Shown in pieces: positions 8,395 through 17,777 of a DNA stretch of 37,452 bases. Numbering within the stretch: position 1 is the first letter of the stretch; every line of letters starts with the position of its first letter. This DNA is from a virus. Taxonomy: Duplodnaviria > Caudoviricetes. A program made the translations under genes and the position numbers. The notes below the pieces were generated by a model. It had not been told where the DNA came from and made no database searches. It saw only the letters and a list, made by a program, of their open reading frames with translations. The DNA lies in the IMG/VR virus record IMGVR_UViG_3300043690_000025, positions 1 to 37,452 of that record; one strand, 5' to 3'.

Positions 8395-9126
8395 TCACCC
8401 GTTCTGCGTCGTGCGCGTCCCGAGCGCGGCGAACATCGCCGCGAGCTGCTGCGGCGAGATCCCGCCAATGCTCGGCGCGCTCGCGACGGTTCCGCCGGGC
8501 GGCATGATGCCGCTTGCGGCATACATCGATGCCGGCCCGGTGGGGGGCGGCGGCGTATACGGCAGCGCCGCGGGAGTCGCGGGCGCCGCGCCATACGTGG
8601 GCGCGGACATCGGGACGGCGCCGCCGGGCAGCATCGACGGCGGGAGGCGCCCCGCCGCCGGCAGCGGCTGCGGGAACTGGTAGCCCGCCGCGCCCGGCCA
8701 GCCGGACGCGCCCCCCGGCAGCACACCGACCGGCGCATAGCGGCCGAGCGTTTGTGGCGTCGGGGTGGTCGGCCCGAGATTCGCCCGCCCGAGATACGCC
8801 GAGGCGGGTCCCGCATACTGCGACAAGGTCGGGGCCGGGGGCGTTCCGACGACGTTCGGGCCGCCGGCCGTCGCGGCCGCCGGTTGGAGACCCATCAACC
8901 CGGCGAGCCCCTGTCCCGCTTCGAGGCCGATGGTTTGATAGGGCGCCAGGCGCTGCTGCGCCTGCGCGTTCAGCGCCTGCTCGAGCGCCAAGGCCTGCTG
9001 GCCATAGCCCGCCTGCGTCTGCGCCGCGCTCTTGGCGGCGGAGGACTGCATCAGGGCGCCCGCGAGCCCTGTCCCGCCGGCCACGCCGAGCCCGAGCGCG
9101 ATCGCCGTGCCTGTCCCGACTGACAT
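8395..9126 (-). CDS. DNA ejection protein (P22 gp7-like)
   Basis: Hydrophobic Gly/Ala N-terminus, SSAAKSAAQTQA...LAPY; Pro-rich C-terminal half. Confidence 0.75.
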   Translation of the reverse strand: MSVGTGTAIALGLGVAGGTGLAGALMQSSAAKSAAQTQAGYGQQALALEQALNAQAQQRLAPYQTIGLEAGQGLAGLMGLQPAAATAGGPNVVGTPPAPTLSQYAGPASAYLGRANLGPTTPTPQTLGRYAPVGVLPGGASGWPGAAGYQFPQPLPAAGRLPPSMLPGGAVPMSAPTYGAAPATPAALPYTPPPPTGPASMYAASGIMPPGGTVASAPSIGGISPQQLAAMFAALGTRTTQNG

Positions 9127-9139
9127 CGTCGTCTCTCCC

Positions 9140-10144
9140 TTACGGCAGGGTGCCGCGCCCGAAGATCACCTGAATCAACCGCGCCGTGTCGCCCTCGCCG
9201 TAGTTCTCGAGCAGACTGCGCGAGTGATAGTACGGCGCCGGGAAGAGGACCAGCCGATTCGGCACCGCCGCCACCTGATGCCACGGCACCCAGCGCGCCG
9301 GATCCCGCCACGCGAGCCACTCCGCGAGCTGCTCGGGGCTCCCGTTGGTCACCGTACTCCGGATCGCGCCGGTGTCCTGCTTGCGCCAGAACGTCGTCCC
9401 ATCGCCCGGGGCGGGGGCGGCAGTCAGATAGAGAATCCCCGTCCACTCGCCCATATCGGTATCGGTATGGATGTAATTCGGCTCGGCTTGCCCCGCCGGA
9501 CTCTTCCGGACGAACGTGATCGTCGGCTCGAGCTGCGGATACCGCGCCGTCACCCAGGACGCCAGCGTGCCGTCGGTGTCCTGATTGATGCCGTGAAACA
9601 CGCAGCCGGGGGAGGTCTCCACGTCCGCGAACCGGCCGGCGAGCGTCTGCGCGCGATACGCCCCGAGATCGGGCAGGACGTCGTCATACACGCGCAGCCC
9701 CGTGTCCGCCACCGTCAGCGGCCGCTGGTAACTCACTTCAATCGGCGTATAGCCCCGCCGCTGATAGAGGCGCCCCACGCGGTCGTTCGGGGCGATGAGT
9801 TGGATCTGGCTGGCCCCCTGCTCGGCGGCCCAGCGCTCCGCCCGCTGCAGCAAGGCGACGCCACAGCCACGCGCGTCGGGGTCCACCCACCACGCCACTT
9901 CACCGACCGTCGGCACCCCCGACACATGATGCGCATAGGCGACGAGCCCAATCATCCCGACCAGGTGCCCGGCGCCGGCGTCCGCCACCAGCACCGTCGT
10001 GGTCGGCGTCGAGACTAGGTGCGTCGCCAGCGTCTCGAGCTGCGCCGGATTCTCCGGCCCCGCCGCGCCGTAGCTGGCGACAAAGTGTCGCGCCAGCGTC
10101 ACCAGCGCGGGCACATCCGCCAGCGTGCCGGGACGGATTGTCAT
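9140..10144 (-). CDS. GNAT acetyltransferase fused to a 2OG-Fe(II) dioxygenase domain
   Basis: N-terminal IRPGTLADVPAL...WWVDPDARGCG...LYQRRGY; C-terminal HTD...ILYL...NRLVLFPAPYYHSR...RLIQV. Confidence 0.85.
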   Translation of the reverse strand: MTIRPGTLADVPALVTLARHFVASYGAAGPENPAQLETLATHLVSTPTTTVLVADAGAGHLVGMIGLVAYAHHVSGVPTVGEVAWWVDPDARGCGVALLQRAERWAAEQGASQIQLIAPNDRVGRLYQRRGYTPIEVSYQRPLTVADTGLRVYDDVLPDLGAYRAQTLAGRFADVETSPGCVFHGINQDTDGTLASWVTARYPQLEPTITFVRKSPAGQAEPNYIHTDTDMGEWTGILYLTAAPAPGDGTTFWRKQDTGAIRSTVTNGSPEQLAEWLAWRDPARWVPWHQVAAVPNRLVLFPAPYYHSRSLLENYGEGDTARLIQVIFGRGTLP

Positions 10145-11151
10145 CAGTTCACCCCGGCGGAGCATTGCAGCGAGACGCCCGTGGTCCCGCTGGCCCACGC
10201 CGCCACGTCGTCGCGGGCAATCCGCAGATAGTTCTGCGCGCTCTGGGCCGAGACCACAGCGATGCCGTACTGGACCGCGCCCGGACTCCGGACGGCCGGA
10301 GCCGGGAAGGGCCCGGCCGACCAGCTATAGGGCCAGCCGCCCATCACCAGATAGATCGGACTCCCCGCGACCGTGCTCCCGGCGATGGTGGCGGTCATCA
10401 GGAGCGTGGTCCCACGCAGGTAATATTGCTGCGCCGTGACATTCCCCGCCGTCACCGTCCACGTGCCGAGCGGATTGCCACTGCCATCCTGGCTGACGAA
10501 ATTGGCGGCACTATACGGCACCGACAACCATTGCCCTTGCTCATGCGCGATGAGCACCCAGTTGGCGCCGGAGTAGATATAGGTCGCCGTCCCGCTGACG
10601 CTGGCCAGCGGGGTCGGCCCCGAATAGAGCCAGTTCGAGAGCTGGTTCTGCGTTTGTGACCCGCTCCCGCCGCCGCCCGTGTTCAGATAGACGGGCGCGG
10701 CGCTCCCGGCGCGCAGGATGAGGATTTGTCCGGGCGTCCCGCCCGCAAACCCGTCAATCGTCAGGGGCGCCGTATTGTTACAACTGAGGAACGTGACCAA
10801 CCCCGGCGCCACCGGCACATCGTGCTGCAGTCCGGTGAGCGTGATCGTCTGCACCACGCCGCGCAGTGCCGTCGGCGGCACGATGTTATCCGCCGTCCAG
10901 ACCGTGTTATTGAGGGCATCCTTCAAGACTTCCTTATACGGACTGCCACTCAGAAACACTTCCGGCGTCCGGCCGCCCGCATCGAGCACCACCGGATTCG
11001 ACAGCGGCGTGGTCAATTGCCAATCCGCATATACCGGCAGGGGCGTGCTCGTGCCCGCTTGATAAAAAGCGAGCGTCCCGCCGGCCAGCGGACGGCCCGC
11101 GCTATCAAACCACTGTTGAACCGGCGTCGGATTCAGGCTCCCCAGCGCCAT
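10144..11151 (-). CDS. Tail fibre/spike with N-terminal virion-attachment domain
   Basis: QWFDSAGRPLAGGTLAFYQAGTSTP...NPVVLDAGGR N-terminus; beta-rich C-terminus. Confidence 0.8.
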   Translation of the reverse strand: MALGSLNPTPVQQWFDSAGRPLAGGTLAFYQAGTSTPLPVYADWQLTTPLSNPVVLDAGGRTPEVFLSGSPYKEVLKDALNNTVWTADNIVPPTALRGVVQTITLTGLQHDVPVAPGLVTFLSCNNTAPLTIDGFAGGTPGQILILRAGSAAPVYLNTGGGGSGSQTQNQLSNWLYSGPTPLASVSGTATYIYSGANWVLIAHEQGQWLSVPYSAANFVSQDGSGNPLGTWTVTAGNVTAQQYYLRGTTLLMTATIAGSTVAGSPIYLVMGGWPYSWSAGPFPAPAVRSPGAVQYGIAVVSAQSAQNYLRIARDDVAAWASGTTGVSLQCSAGVN

Positions 11152-11152
11152 C

Positions 11153-11446
11153 TCAGAAGCTCCCGACGCCCCAGAACTTCTGCGGGTACACGCGGAAATC
11201 TTTCGCCTGCGGCAAGGTGTCGGCGCCGCTGTAGACACCGGTCAATTGCCACATGTCGTTCTTCCACGCCGTCAGCAGGCCCGCCTCGTCGCTGGTGTAC
11301 CCGAGCGCGACCAGGTCCGCGTCGGTCTGCGTGTCCAGGAACGATTTCAGCGTCGCGATGTCGCCGAACAGTTTTTGCAAGGCGCGCGAGGTATCGCCCA
11401 TGCGCGAATCGACTTCTGCCTTCGAGACTGGAAGACCGACAGACAT
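11153..11446 (-). CDS. Hypothetical protein, possibly a fibre chaperone (97 aa)
   Basis: MSVGLPVSK start overlaps the upstream stop; lies between the two fibre genes. Confidence 0.65.
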   Translation of the reverse strand: MSVGLPVSKAEVDSRMGDTSRALQKLFGDIATLKSFLDTQTDADLVALGYTSDEAGLLTAWKNDMWQLTGVYSGADTLPQAKDFRVYPQKFWGVGSF

Positions 11447-13095
11447 CAGGTCACCTCGATGGAAGACGTACCGTAGATCGTGAAGGCACCCGTCGTGTAC
11501 GTGCCCCCGATGGGATCCCGGTAGAGGCCGATCGCCGTGCCGCTCGCAATCGGGATCGGGGCCACCGTCACCCCCGCGTTGTTCGCCGCGAAGGGCGCCC
11601 CGACCGCATTGCTCACGGCGGTGTAGCCGTACGCCACGCGCGTCAGATTGGCGCCGGCCGGTGTGCCTCCCAGGGTGGTCGAGCCCAGATAGAGGGCGTA
11701 GGACAGTGTCCGACCACGCAGACAATAGCGATCCAGGGTCACGTTGCCGGCCGCGACGCTCCACGAGAGGCCCGCCGTCCCGGCATAGTTCGGGGCACTG
11801 AAGGGCGGCGCAATCCATGCGCCCTGGTCGTGCGCGACGAGGACCCACGCCGTGCCGATGTATTCGTAGGTGGCGGACCCGTAATATGCGACCGGCGTGG
11901 GCCCGCTCGTCGCGTAGTTCGAACACCGATTCCCGACGAGCGACGATGCGCTCTGGAATAGCAGGTAGATCACCGCATTGTTACCGCCGTTGTTCCAGAT
12001 CGTCACCCGTTGCCCAGCGACCCCGCCGGCGATCCCGGTGATCGTCAGGTCCGCCGTGCCCGTCCACATGATCGCGGTGTGCCCGTTCAGCCCCGGTGCC
12101 CAATCGTTCACGGTGCCGGTATCGGTGCGTGAGATCACCGTGTCCGCCATCAGCACGGCACTCGCCCCCGTCGCGCGCCCCTTTGCGTCGAGCGTGACGC
12201 GGGCGACGTGCGTCGCGTCGCCGTAGGTGCCGGCGGTGACGCCGCTGGCCGCTAACGTCGTCGCGAGCGCCCCGGCGGTCGTCACGTCGCCGGTGAGGTC
12301 ACCGTTGGTGACGGAGGTCGCGCCCGAGAACTTCGCGAGGTTCCCCGACGCTGGAGTGCCGGTCGCCGTGACCAGCGCACTGGCCGCCTTGCCACTGTCC
12401 TGCAGCAGCTTGCCGGTGGTATCCGCGAAACTGGGAAGGTTCCCCGTGACGCTGGAGGCGGGGCCGGTGACGTTGCCGCCGCCCGCCGAGACCGAGAGCG
12501 TCGTGCCCGACATCGACAAGCCGGACCCGAGCGTGATCTCACTCGGCGGAGCGCCACTCCCCGTCGAGGAACTCCCCAGTAGCTTGGAGGCCGCCGAGAC
12601 GTTCTGCATCTTGGCGTAGGTGACCTTGCCCGCCCCGATGGTCGCGGCCTGCGAACCGTCGCCCGGTCCTGCGGTCACGTCTCCCGTGAGCTGGGTGATG
12701 CCGTGATCACTGCCGCTCGAGGCGGAGGTCACCAACCCCTTGGCGTTGACGGTCACGGTCGCATTTGTGTAGGTGCCCGCCGTCGCCCCACTCGCGGCCA
12801 GCGTCGCCGCCTGCGATCCGCTGCCCGGCCCGGCGGTCACGTCGCCCGTCAGTTGCGTGATGCCCCCGCCGGCCCCGCCCGCCTCGAGCGCCGCAATCGC
12901 CCCCACCAGCCCGCGCTCAAATTCCAGCCACGGGCGCGTCATCAGGGTGGTCTGCGCGTCAATCACCGGGAGCTGCGCCGGCAGATAGGGTCGCCCGCCG
13001 GTGGCCGGCCCACTGCGCGCCCGTCCCCGCGCCCGCGGATCGAGGCCGAGCGGACTCGGGACCGGAAACTGCTCCACGCCGCGCCGCCGACTCAT
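11446..13095 (-). CDS. Tail fibre/needle-like protein
   Basis: Follows the gp10-like gene; LTGDVT and GTY..VT..AKG fibre repeats; Gly/Thr/Ser-rich. Confidence 0.8.
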   Translation of the reverse strand: MSRRRGVEQFPVPSPLGLDPRARGRARSGPATGGRPYLPAQLPVIDAQTTLMTRPWLEFERGLVGAIAALEAGGAGGGITQLTGDVTAGPGSGSQAATLAASGATAGTYTNATVTVNAKGLVTSASSGSDHGITQLTGDVTAGPGDGSQAATIGAGKVTYAKMQNVSAASKLLGSSSTGSGAPPSEITLGSGLSMSGTTLSVSAGGGNVTGPASSVTGNLPSFADTTGKLLQDSGKAASALVTATGTPASGNLAKFSGATSVTNGDLTGDVTTAGALATTLAASGVTAGTYGDATHVARVTLDAKGRATGASAVLMADTVISRTDTGTVNDWAPGLNGHTAIMWTGTADLTITGIAGGVAGQRVTIWNNGGNNAVIYLLFQSASSLVGNRCSNYATSGPTPVAYYGSATYEYIGTAWVLVAHDQGAWIAPPFSAPNYAGTAGLSWSVAAGNVTLDRYCLRGRTLSYALYLGSTTLGGTPAGANLTRVAYGYTAVSNAVGAPFAANNAGVTVAPIPIASGTAIGLYRDPIGGTYTTGAFTIYGTSSIEVT

Positions 13096-14564
13096 GCGCC
13101 GACCCCGCGCTGCACCGTCACATAGCCGCCAATGAGCCGCCACGGAATCGGATCGCTCACGCTGACTTCAAACACCCGATCGCGACTGCGACCCAGCCGC
13201 CACCACTGCGCCCGCCGGCTGTAGGTGCCCATCGGGGACGCCGAGATCCACCACTCCGACGACCACGTATGCGCGCGGTCATCGCTCCAGCGCAACATCG
13301 CCTGCGGATCGACGCCTTGGCCCGTCGGCGTGCCGAGCCCCATCTCGAGCTCGATTTCCAGCCGCGTGAACCGCACCGCCTCATTCTCCTGGCTCAGATG
13401 CGGGAGCCGCCGCACCCGCCGAATGGCGGCCGCCGGCGCATCGGGCAGATCGTCGACGGACTGATCCTCGCTGAGGGCATACAGCGTGCTCGAGGCGCGA
13501 TCGCCGACCAGATGCATATTTTGCACATAGGCGTGACAGCTCGCCCGGTGCGCTTCAAAGGCCCCCGTCGCCGGATTCAAAAACGCCCGCTCGTGCCAGA
13601 GGTTGGTCGCACGATCGAAGACCCACGTCTTCGATGCGGTCGGAAAGGTGAGCACCCAGAAACTGTGCCCGGCTTCCTGATACGTCCAACTTACCGCGTC
13701 ATCGATGCGCGCATAGGTGCGCCACTCAGCTTCGATGGCGTGCGTCGAGACGCGCTGCGGCGCGTACTGCGCGGCAATGACGGCGAGGCGGTCCCCGTTG
13801 CGATCCTGCGCGAGCCAGGCCACCGTCTGGTCAAAGTGACACAGCGAGGCGAGCGCGGCGCAGCCGTAATTGATGAACACGCCGGGGATCGGCGCGAGGG
13901 GAAAATTGGCATCCCCGCTGTCGTACCAGACTTCGGTCGTCAGCGTGCCCAGTAGCCACAATTCGCGGTGGTTCTGCAGCATCGCCACGAAGGGATCGGC
14001 CCCTTCCGAGCGGCTCGCCACGTCGACGCCGTTCCAGGTCGTCCCATCATCGGGCTGCGAGATCTGCAACGCGGTCGGCGACAGCGCGACGAAATAGCTG
14101 TCCATGAAGGCGACGTCGACCACCGGCGACACGGTGAGCGTCGGCTGCGAGACCGCGCCGCTCTGGAGGTCGTAGAGCCAGACGCGGCCGCCACTGGCGA
14201 CGAGCAACTGATGCCCTTGGATGCCGTTATCCGCAAAACTGACCGGATGACCATCGTTGATGAGGCCCGTCGCGAGGGTGGCGCACGACACGGCGGGCTG
14301 CGTGAGGCCCCCCGGCGTGCGCACGTCCACCAGCGTCGCGCCCACGACCCCGAAGCAGCGCGGGGGCACCGCCCAGAGTCCGCGCCAGGTGCCGGGGCCC
14401 GTGGCCGTCGTGAGCGGCGCAAGCCCTGGTGTCGGATACAGCACCGCAGGCGCCTTGCCTTGCCCGCTCTCCACGGCTTCCGGATACCAGTTGATCGTCC
14501 GCTGACAGTCGGCGACCACCGAGCGCGAGGTGTACGACGGGCCGACCAGCGGAATCGTCGCCAC
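13092..14564 (-). CDS. Tail hub/packaged DNA stabilization protein (P22 gp10-like)
   Basis: INWYPE...LYPTPG; LRWSDD..TWS; W.RLG.SRDRVFEV motifs. Confidence 0.88.
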   Translation of the reverse strand: MATIPLVGPSYTSRSVVADCQRTINWYPEAVESGQGKAPAVLYPTPGLAPLTTATGPGTWRGLWAVPPRCFGVVGATLVDVRTPGGLTQPAVSCATLATGLINDGHPVSFADNGIQGHQLLVASGGRVWLYDLQSGAVSQPTLTVSPVVDVAFMDSYFVALSPTALQISQPDDGTTWNGVDVASRSEGADPFVAMLQNHRELWLLGTLTTEVWYDSGDANFPLAPIPGVFINYGCAALASLCHFDQTVAWLAQDRNGDRLAVIAAQYAPQRVSTHAIEAEWRTYARIDDAVSWTYQEAGHSFWVLTFPTASKTWVFDRATNLWHERAFLNPATGAFEAHRASCHAYVQNMHLVGDRASSTLYALSEDQSVDDLPDAPAAAIRRVRRLPHLSQENEAVRFTRLEIELEMGLGTPTGQGVDPQAMLRWSDDRAHTWSSEWWISASPMGTYSRRAQWWRLGRSRDRVFEVSVSDPIPWRLIGGYVTVQRGVGA

Positions 14565-15356
14565 TTACCACCGCCAGCCGCGATACAGGTCGCTGTAAAT
14601 GTCGTAGCCGCCCGTGGGCCGCCCCGCGAACGCGGGATCGCACAGGAGCTCGGCGCGATCCACGTGCAGCCGCTTCACATCAGCGAGCCGCGCGGCGGCC
14701 TCGCCCACCAGGTCGGGCGTCAGCGGCACGTTGAACGGACGGGCCAAGCGCACCGCGAGATTGCTGACGATGGCCGCTTCGACGCCGTCCCCGAGCGCCA
14801 CCAAGGTCGACAGATCGGGGAAGCGTTGCAGCGCCGTCGGGATATACAGCCCGACCTGCAGCGTCGACACCGACGGGATCGGATAGATGGTGATGGTCCC
14901 GATCGGCACCTGCTGATCGTCGTAGAGTGCCCACGGCAGGGTCGAGGTCTGCGACTTGATGCCGACGCTCGCCCAGCGGTCGGTGGAGAGCACGGCCATC
15001 GGCGTCTCGTAACTGTTCGCGGCGGTATTGATGATCGTCGCGGCCTGGATGGCGGTTGGCCGGGCGATCGGCCAATCCGCCGCGCCCGGGCCGATGGTGT
15101 ACGTCGCCTTGTTGGCGATGAGCGGAAAGGTCTGCTTGGGCGCCCCCGGAATCGTCAGCCGTTGAATGGCCCACGTGCCCAGCAACTGATTGAGCCGAGT
15201 CAGCCCCAGCGCCGCATCCTGACTGGACGGCGTCGCCATCGCAGAAATCACGCCCAGGTCGCGCAGGGCGTCCGTGATGAGATCGAGCGCGCAGACGGTG
15301 GGCGGCGCCGCCGGCACCGGCGCACTCGGCGGCGTCAGGAGCGGCGCGGCCATCAC
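14565..15356 (-). CDS. Head-tail adaptor (P22 gp4-like)
   Basis: LITDALRDLGV...DAALGLTRLNQLLGTW...NLAVRLA; synteny. Confidence 0.82.
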   Translation of the reverse strand: MMAAPLLTPPSAPVPAAPPTVCALDLITDALRDLGVISAMATPSSQDAALGLTRLNQLLGTWAIQRLTIPGAPKQTFPLIANKATYTIGPGAADWPIARPTAIQAATIINTAANSYETPMAVLSTDRWASVGIKSQTSTLPWALYDDQQVPIGTITIYPIPSVSTLQVGLYIPTALQRFPDLSTLVALGDGVEAAIVSNLAVRLARPFNVPLTPDLVGEAAARLADVKRLHVDRAELLCDPAFAGRPTGGYDIYSDLYRGWRW

Positions 15357-15608
15357 TTATCCCTTGGCGGCCTTTTTCGCGGCCTCGGCGTCGTGCGCCG
15401 CCTTGCCGGCCGCATCGACGTAGCCCTCGCCTTTGGCTTTGGTTTCTTCCTCTTTGCTCGCCACCACGAGCGTGTCGTACTCGGGCGGCGCCGCTTTCTC
15501 GGCCGGCTTCGGCTTGTAGAGCGCTTTCGGGTAGTCCTGCACCGGTGATGCGGCGGGCGCCTCGGCGTGCGTGGTCGGCGCGTGTGCGGCGTGGATGTCC
15601 GGCGTCAT
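15357..15608 (-). CDS. Small head-associated protein (YP motif family, copy 1)
   Basis: QDYPKALY...VVASKEEE...GY; GGAGG RBS. Confidence 0.7.
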   Translation of the reverse strand: MTPDIHAAHAPTTHAEAPAASPVQDYPKALYKPKPAEKAAPPEYDTLVVASKEEETKAKGEGYVDAAGKAAHDAEAAKKAAKG

Positions 15609-15624
15609 GCGCGAATCCTCCTGC

Positions 15625-15966
15625 TCACTCGGGGAGATGCTGGTCGGTGGCGCGCTCGGCCGCGAGGCGCTCCGCTTTGGCTTTGGGGCTGAGACGGCGG
15701 TTGCTCCAGTTCGCTTCCGCGGCGGCGTTGGCAATGAGCTCTTCCTGACGGGCATGGATGCGCTCGGCCTCCTCCACCGTGTCCGCCCAGTCGCCGCTCA
15801 GGGTGGCGCGTTCCTGGTCGTTGTCGACAATCCGCGACGGCTGCCCGTGACAGTGCATCCAGCGCGGATACTCGCGATAGACGTAGGGTTCGGCCGAGAC
15901 CGTCGCCGGGGTAACCGGCGGCTGCGCTCGGCCGAACGTGACACTCGAGCGCGCGGGCGACGGCAT
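15625..15966 (-). CDS. Small head-associated protein (YP motif family, copy 2)
   Basis: YVYREYPRWMH...IVDNDQER...DW. Confidence 0.7.
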   Translation of the reverse strand: MPSPARSSVTFGRAQPPVTPATVSAEPYVYREYPRWMHCHGQPSRIVDNDQERATLSGDWADTVEEAERIHARQEELIANAAAEANWSNRRLSPKAKAERLAAERATDQHLPE

Positions 15967-15970
15967 CGCC

Positions 15971-16543
15971 TTACGCGATCGTCGCGCCCGCGGCGGATCC
16001 GATCGTCCACCCGCCCGAGATGGGAATCAGGATCACGGTCGTCTGATACGCCGGGAACGTGATCGTCTTCCCGCCGATGCCGTTGGTCCCGCCCACGGCC
16101 ACGGTATGCGCGGCTTTCCCGGTCGCCGAGATGAACAGCTGCTGGCCCTGCAGGCTGGGCGAGGGGGCCGCGAGCGTCATCGCGAGCGCGCCGTTGCCGT
16201 TCAAGGTCACGATCCCCGGATTGGGGTCGATCGCGCCGGAGGCGGTGAAACTGCGCGCGGGCGCCGGCGGGTACGACGTGTCGGTGGCCGGCAGCAACGC
16301 CGGCAGATCGCCGCCCTGCATGATCGTGACGGGCGCGCCGGCCGGATGCGCGGCCACCACGCCGCCATCGAGGCCGCGGCGCAGCAGCGAGAGGACCGTC
16401 GAGACGGGCTGCGCCACAATCGCGCACAGCTCGCCATCGATGAGCGCGTATGAATTGGGCGGATACGGCGGCGCGATCGCAAACTGCGCGTAAATGTCGC
16501 GATTGGTGATCGCGCCGACGAGCGTGGTCTGTTGCGTGGCCAT
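15971..16543 (-). CDS. Putative capsid decoration protein
   Basis: Directly after the coat gene; GAGGAGG RBS; beta-rich. Confidence 0.6.
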   Translation of the reverse strand: MATQQTTLVGAITNRDIYAQFAIAPPYPPNSYALIDGELCAIVAQPVSTVLSLLRRGLDGGVVAAHPAGAPVTIMQGGDLPALLPATDTSYPPAPARSFTASGAIDPNPGIVTLNGNGALAMTLAAPSPSLQGQQLFISATGKAAHTVAVGGTNGIGGKTITFPAYQTTVILIPISGGWTIGSAAGATIA

Positions 16544-16555
16544 GAAATGTCCTCC

Positions 16556-17758
16556 TCAGCTCTCAATCCGCACGGCCAGCTCAGGCCGAATCGTCTTCCA
16601 CCCGTACAGGATGTCCATGCGGGCGGGGCTCTGATCGCTGTAAATGTCGTACGCCTTCACGAACCGGATCGAGATCCCGAGTTCCTTGCTGCGCACGCGT
16701 TCGGCCGCCCAGACGCCCTGCGGCATGTCGAGATCGGCCATCACGAGGGCGAACGCGTCGGGATGGAACCCGAGCCCGACATCCCCGGTGGCGGCGGGCG
16801 AGACGACCGTGATCGTGGCGCCGTTGGCGGGCGAGGCCGTCACGGTCTGGAACGGCCCGCTGGTCACAATCGGCGGCGACACGACGATGGACGTCGCGCC
16901 ACTAGCGGCCCCGGCCAGGAGGGTGAACTTCTGCAGCGACCCGACGTCGCTGTAGTTCTGCGGGTTGACCTGATCGACCCCGAGCAGCGTGATCACGTCG
17001 CCCTGATTCAGCGCCGCGCTCAACGCGGTGGTCGTGATCGTGTTGCCGGTCTGCCCCGCGCCCGCGACCGTCGCCGTATTGGCGGCCGCGCTGGTCCGCC
17101 GCGCCGTGTTCTGGTCCTGGTACATCTCTTCGAAGCCCAGGACGTTGGCCGCGAACTGCCCCTTCCGGAACGCGTCGCTAATCTCGTTGGTCGGATTGAA
17201 GAGCGCGAGATTGTTGCCGACCAGATTCGCCATCATCGCGGGCGAGACCACGAGACACCGCTGATCCACCGGGCAGGCCGCGTTACTGAGCGCGACGCCC
17301 GCATTCAGATACAGCTGATTGACGGTGGCCTGGGTCGCCGGCGGCGTGCCGAGCGTACCGACCTGCGCCCAGACTTCCTTGTAGCAGCGCCAGAGGCCAT
17401 CGTAGTCGACCGTGTTCGCGAGCTGGCTCGCGGCGGGCGTGATGTAGCGGGTCCGGTAGTCGTCGACTTCCATCGTCAACGACGCCGTCGAAAACGCCAT
17501 CCCGACATTCGCCTGGTCGGTCAGCGTGATCGGGACGACCGTGTCCTGGATCCCCTGCACGACCAGCGCCTGGCCCTTGTTGGTCGTGAAGCGCTGCGGC
17601 AGGCGCGCATTGACGGTGTAGCCGACTTTCGCGCCATCGTGAACAAACTGATCATCGTAGCTTCTGTTCACATTGGCGGCGAACTTGAGATTGTTAACGA
17701 GAATGCGGGCGACTTCTTTGGTCACCCAGTTGGGCGTAATTAAGGCATTGGTGGCCAT
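16556..17758 (-). CDS. Major capsid protein (P22 coat family)
   Basis: N.LITP.WVTKE...NRSYDDQF...KVG...RLP; FHPDAFAL; RMDILYG. Confidence 0.93.
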   Translation of the reverse strand: MATNALITPNWVTKEVARILVNNLKFAANVNRSYDDQFVHDGAKVGYTVNARLPQRFTTNKGQALVVQGIQDTVVPITLTDQANVGMAFSTASLTMEVDDYRTRYITPAASQLANTVDYDGLWRCYKEVWAQVGTLGTPPATQATVNQLYLNAGVALSNAACPVDQRCLVVSPAMMANLVGNNLALFNPTNEISDAFRKGQFAANVLGFEEMYQDQNTARRTSAAANTATVAGAGQTGNTITTTALSAALNQGDVITLLGVDQVNPQNYSDVGSLQKFTLLAGAASGATSIVVSPPIVTSGPFQTVTASPANGATITVVSPAATGDVGLGFHPDAFALVMADLDMPQGVWAAERVRSKELGISIRFVKAYDIYSDQSPARMDILYGWKTIRPELAVRIES

Positions 17759-17777
17759 CGCTCACAACTCCATCCAG

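Noticed and set aside
12660-12865. Repeated GITQLTGDVTAGPG.GSQAAT block as a mobile or regulatory repeat
   Set aside because: Ordinary in-frame fibre shaft repeat.
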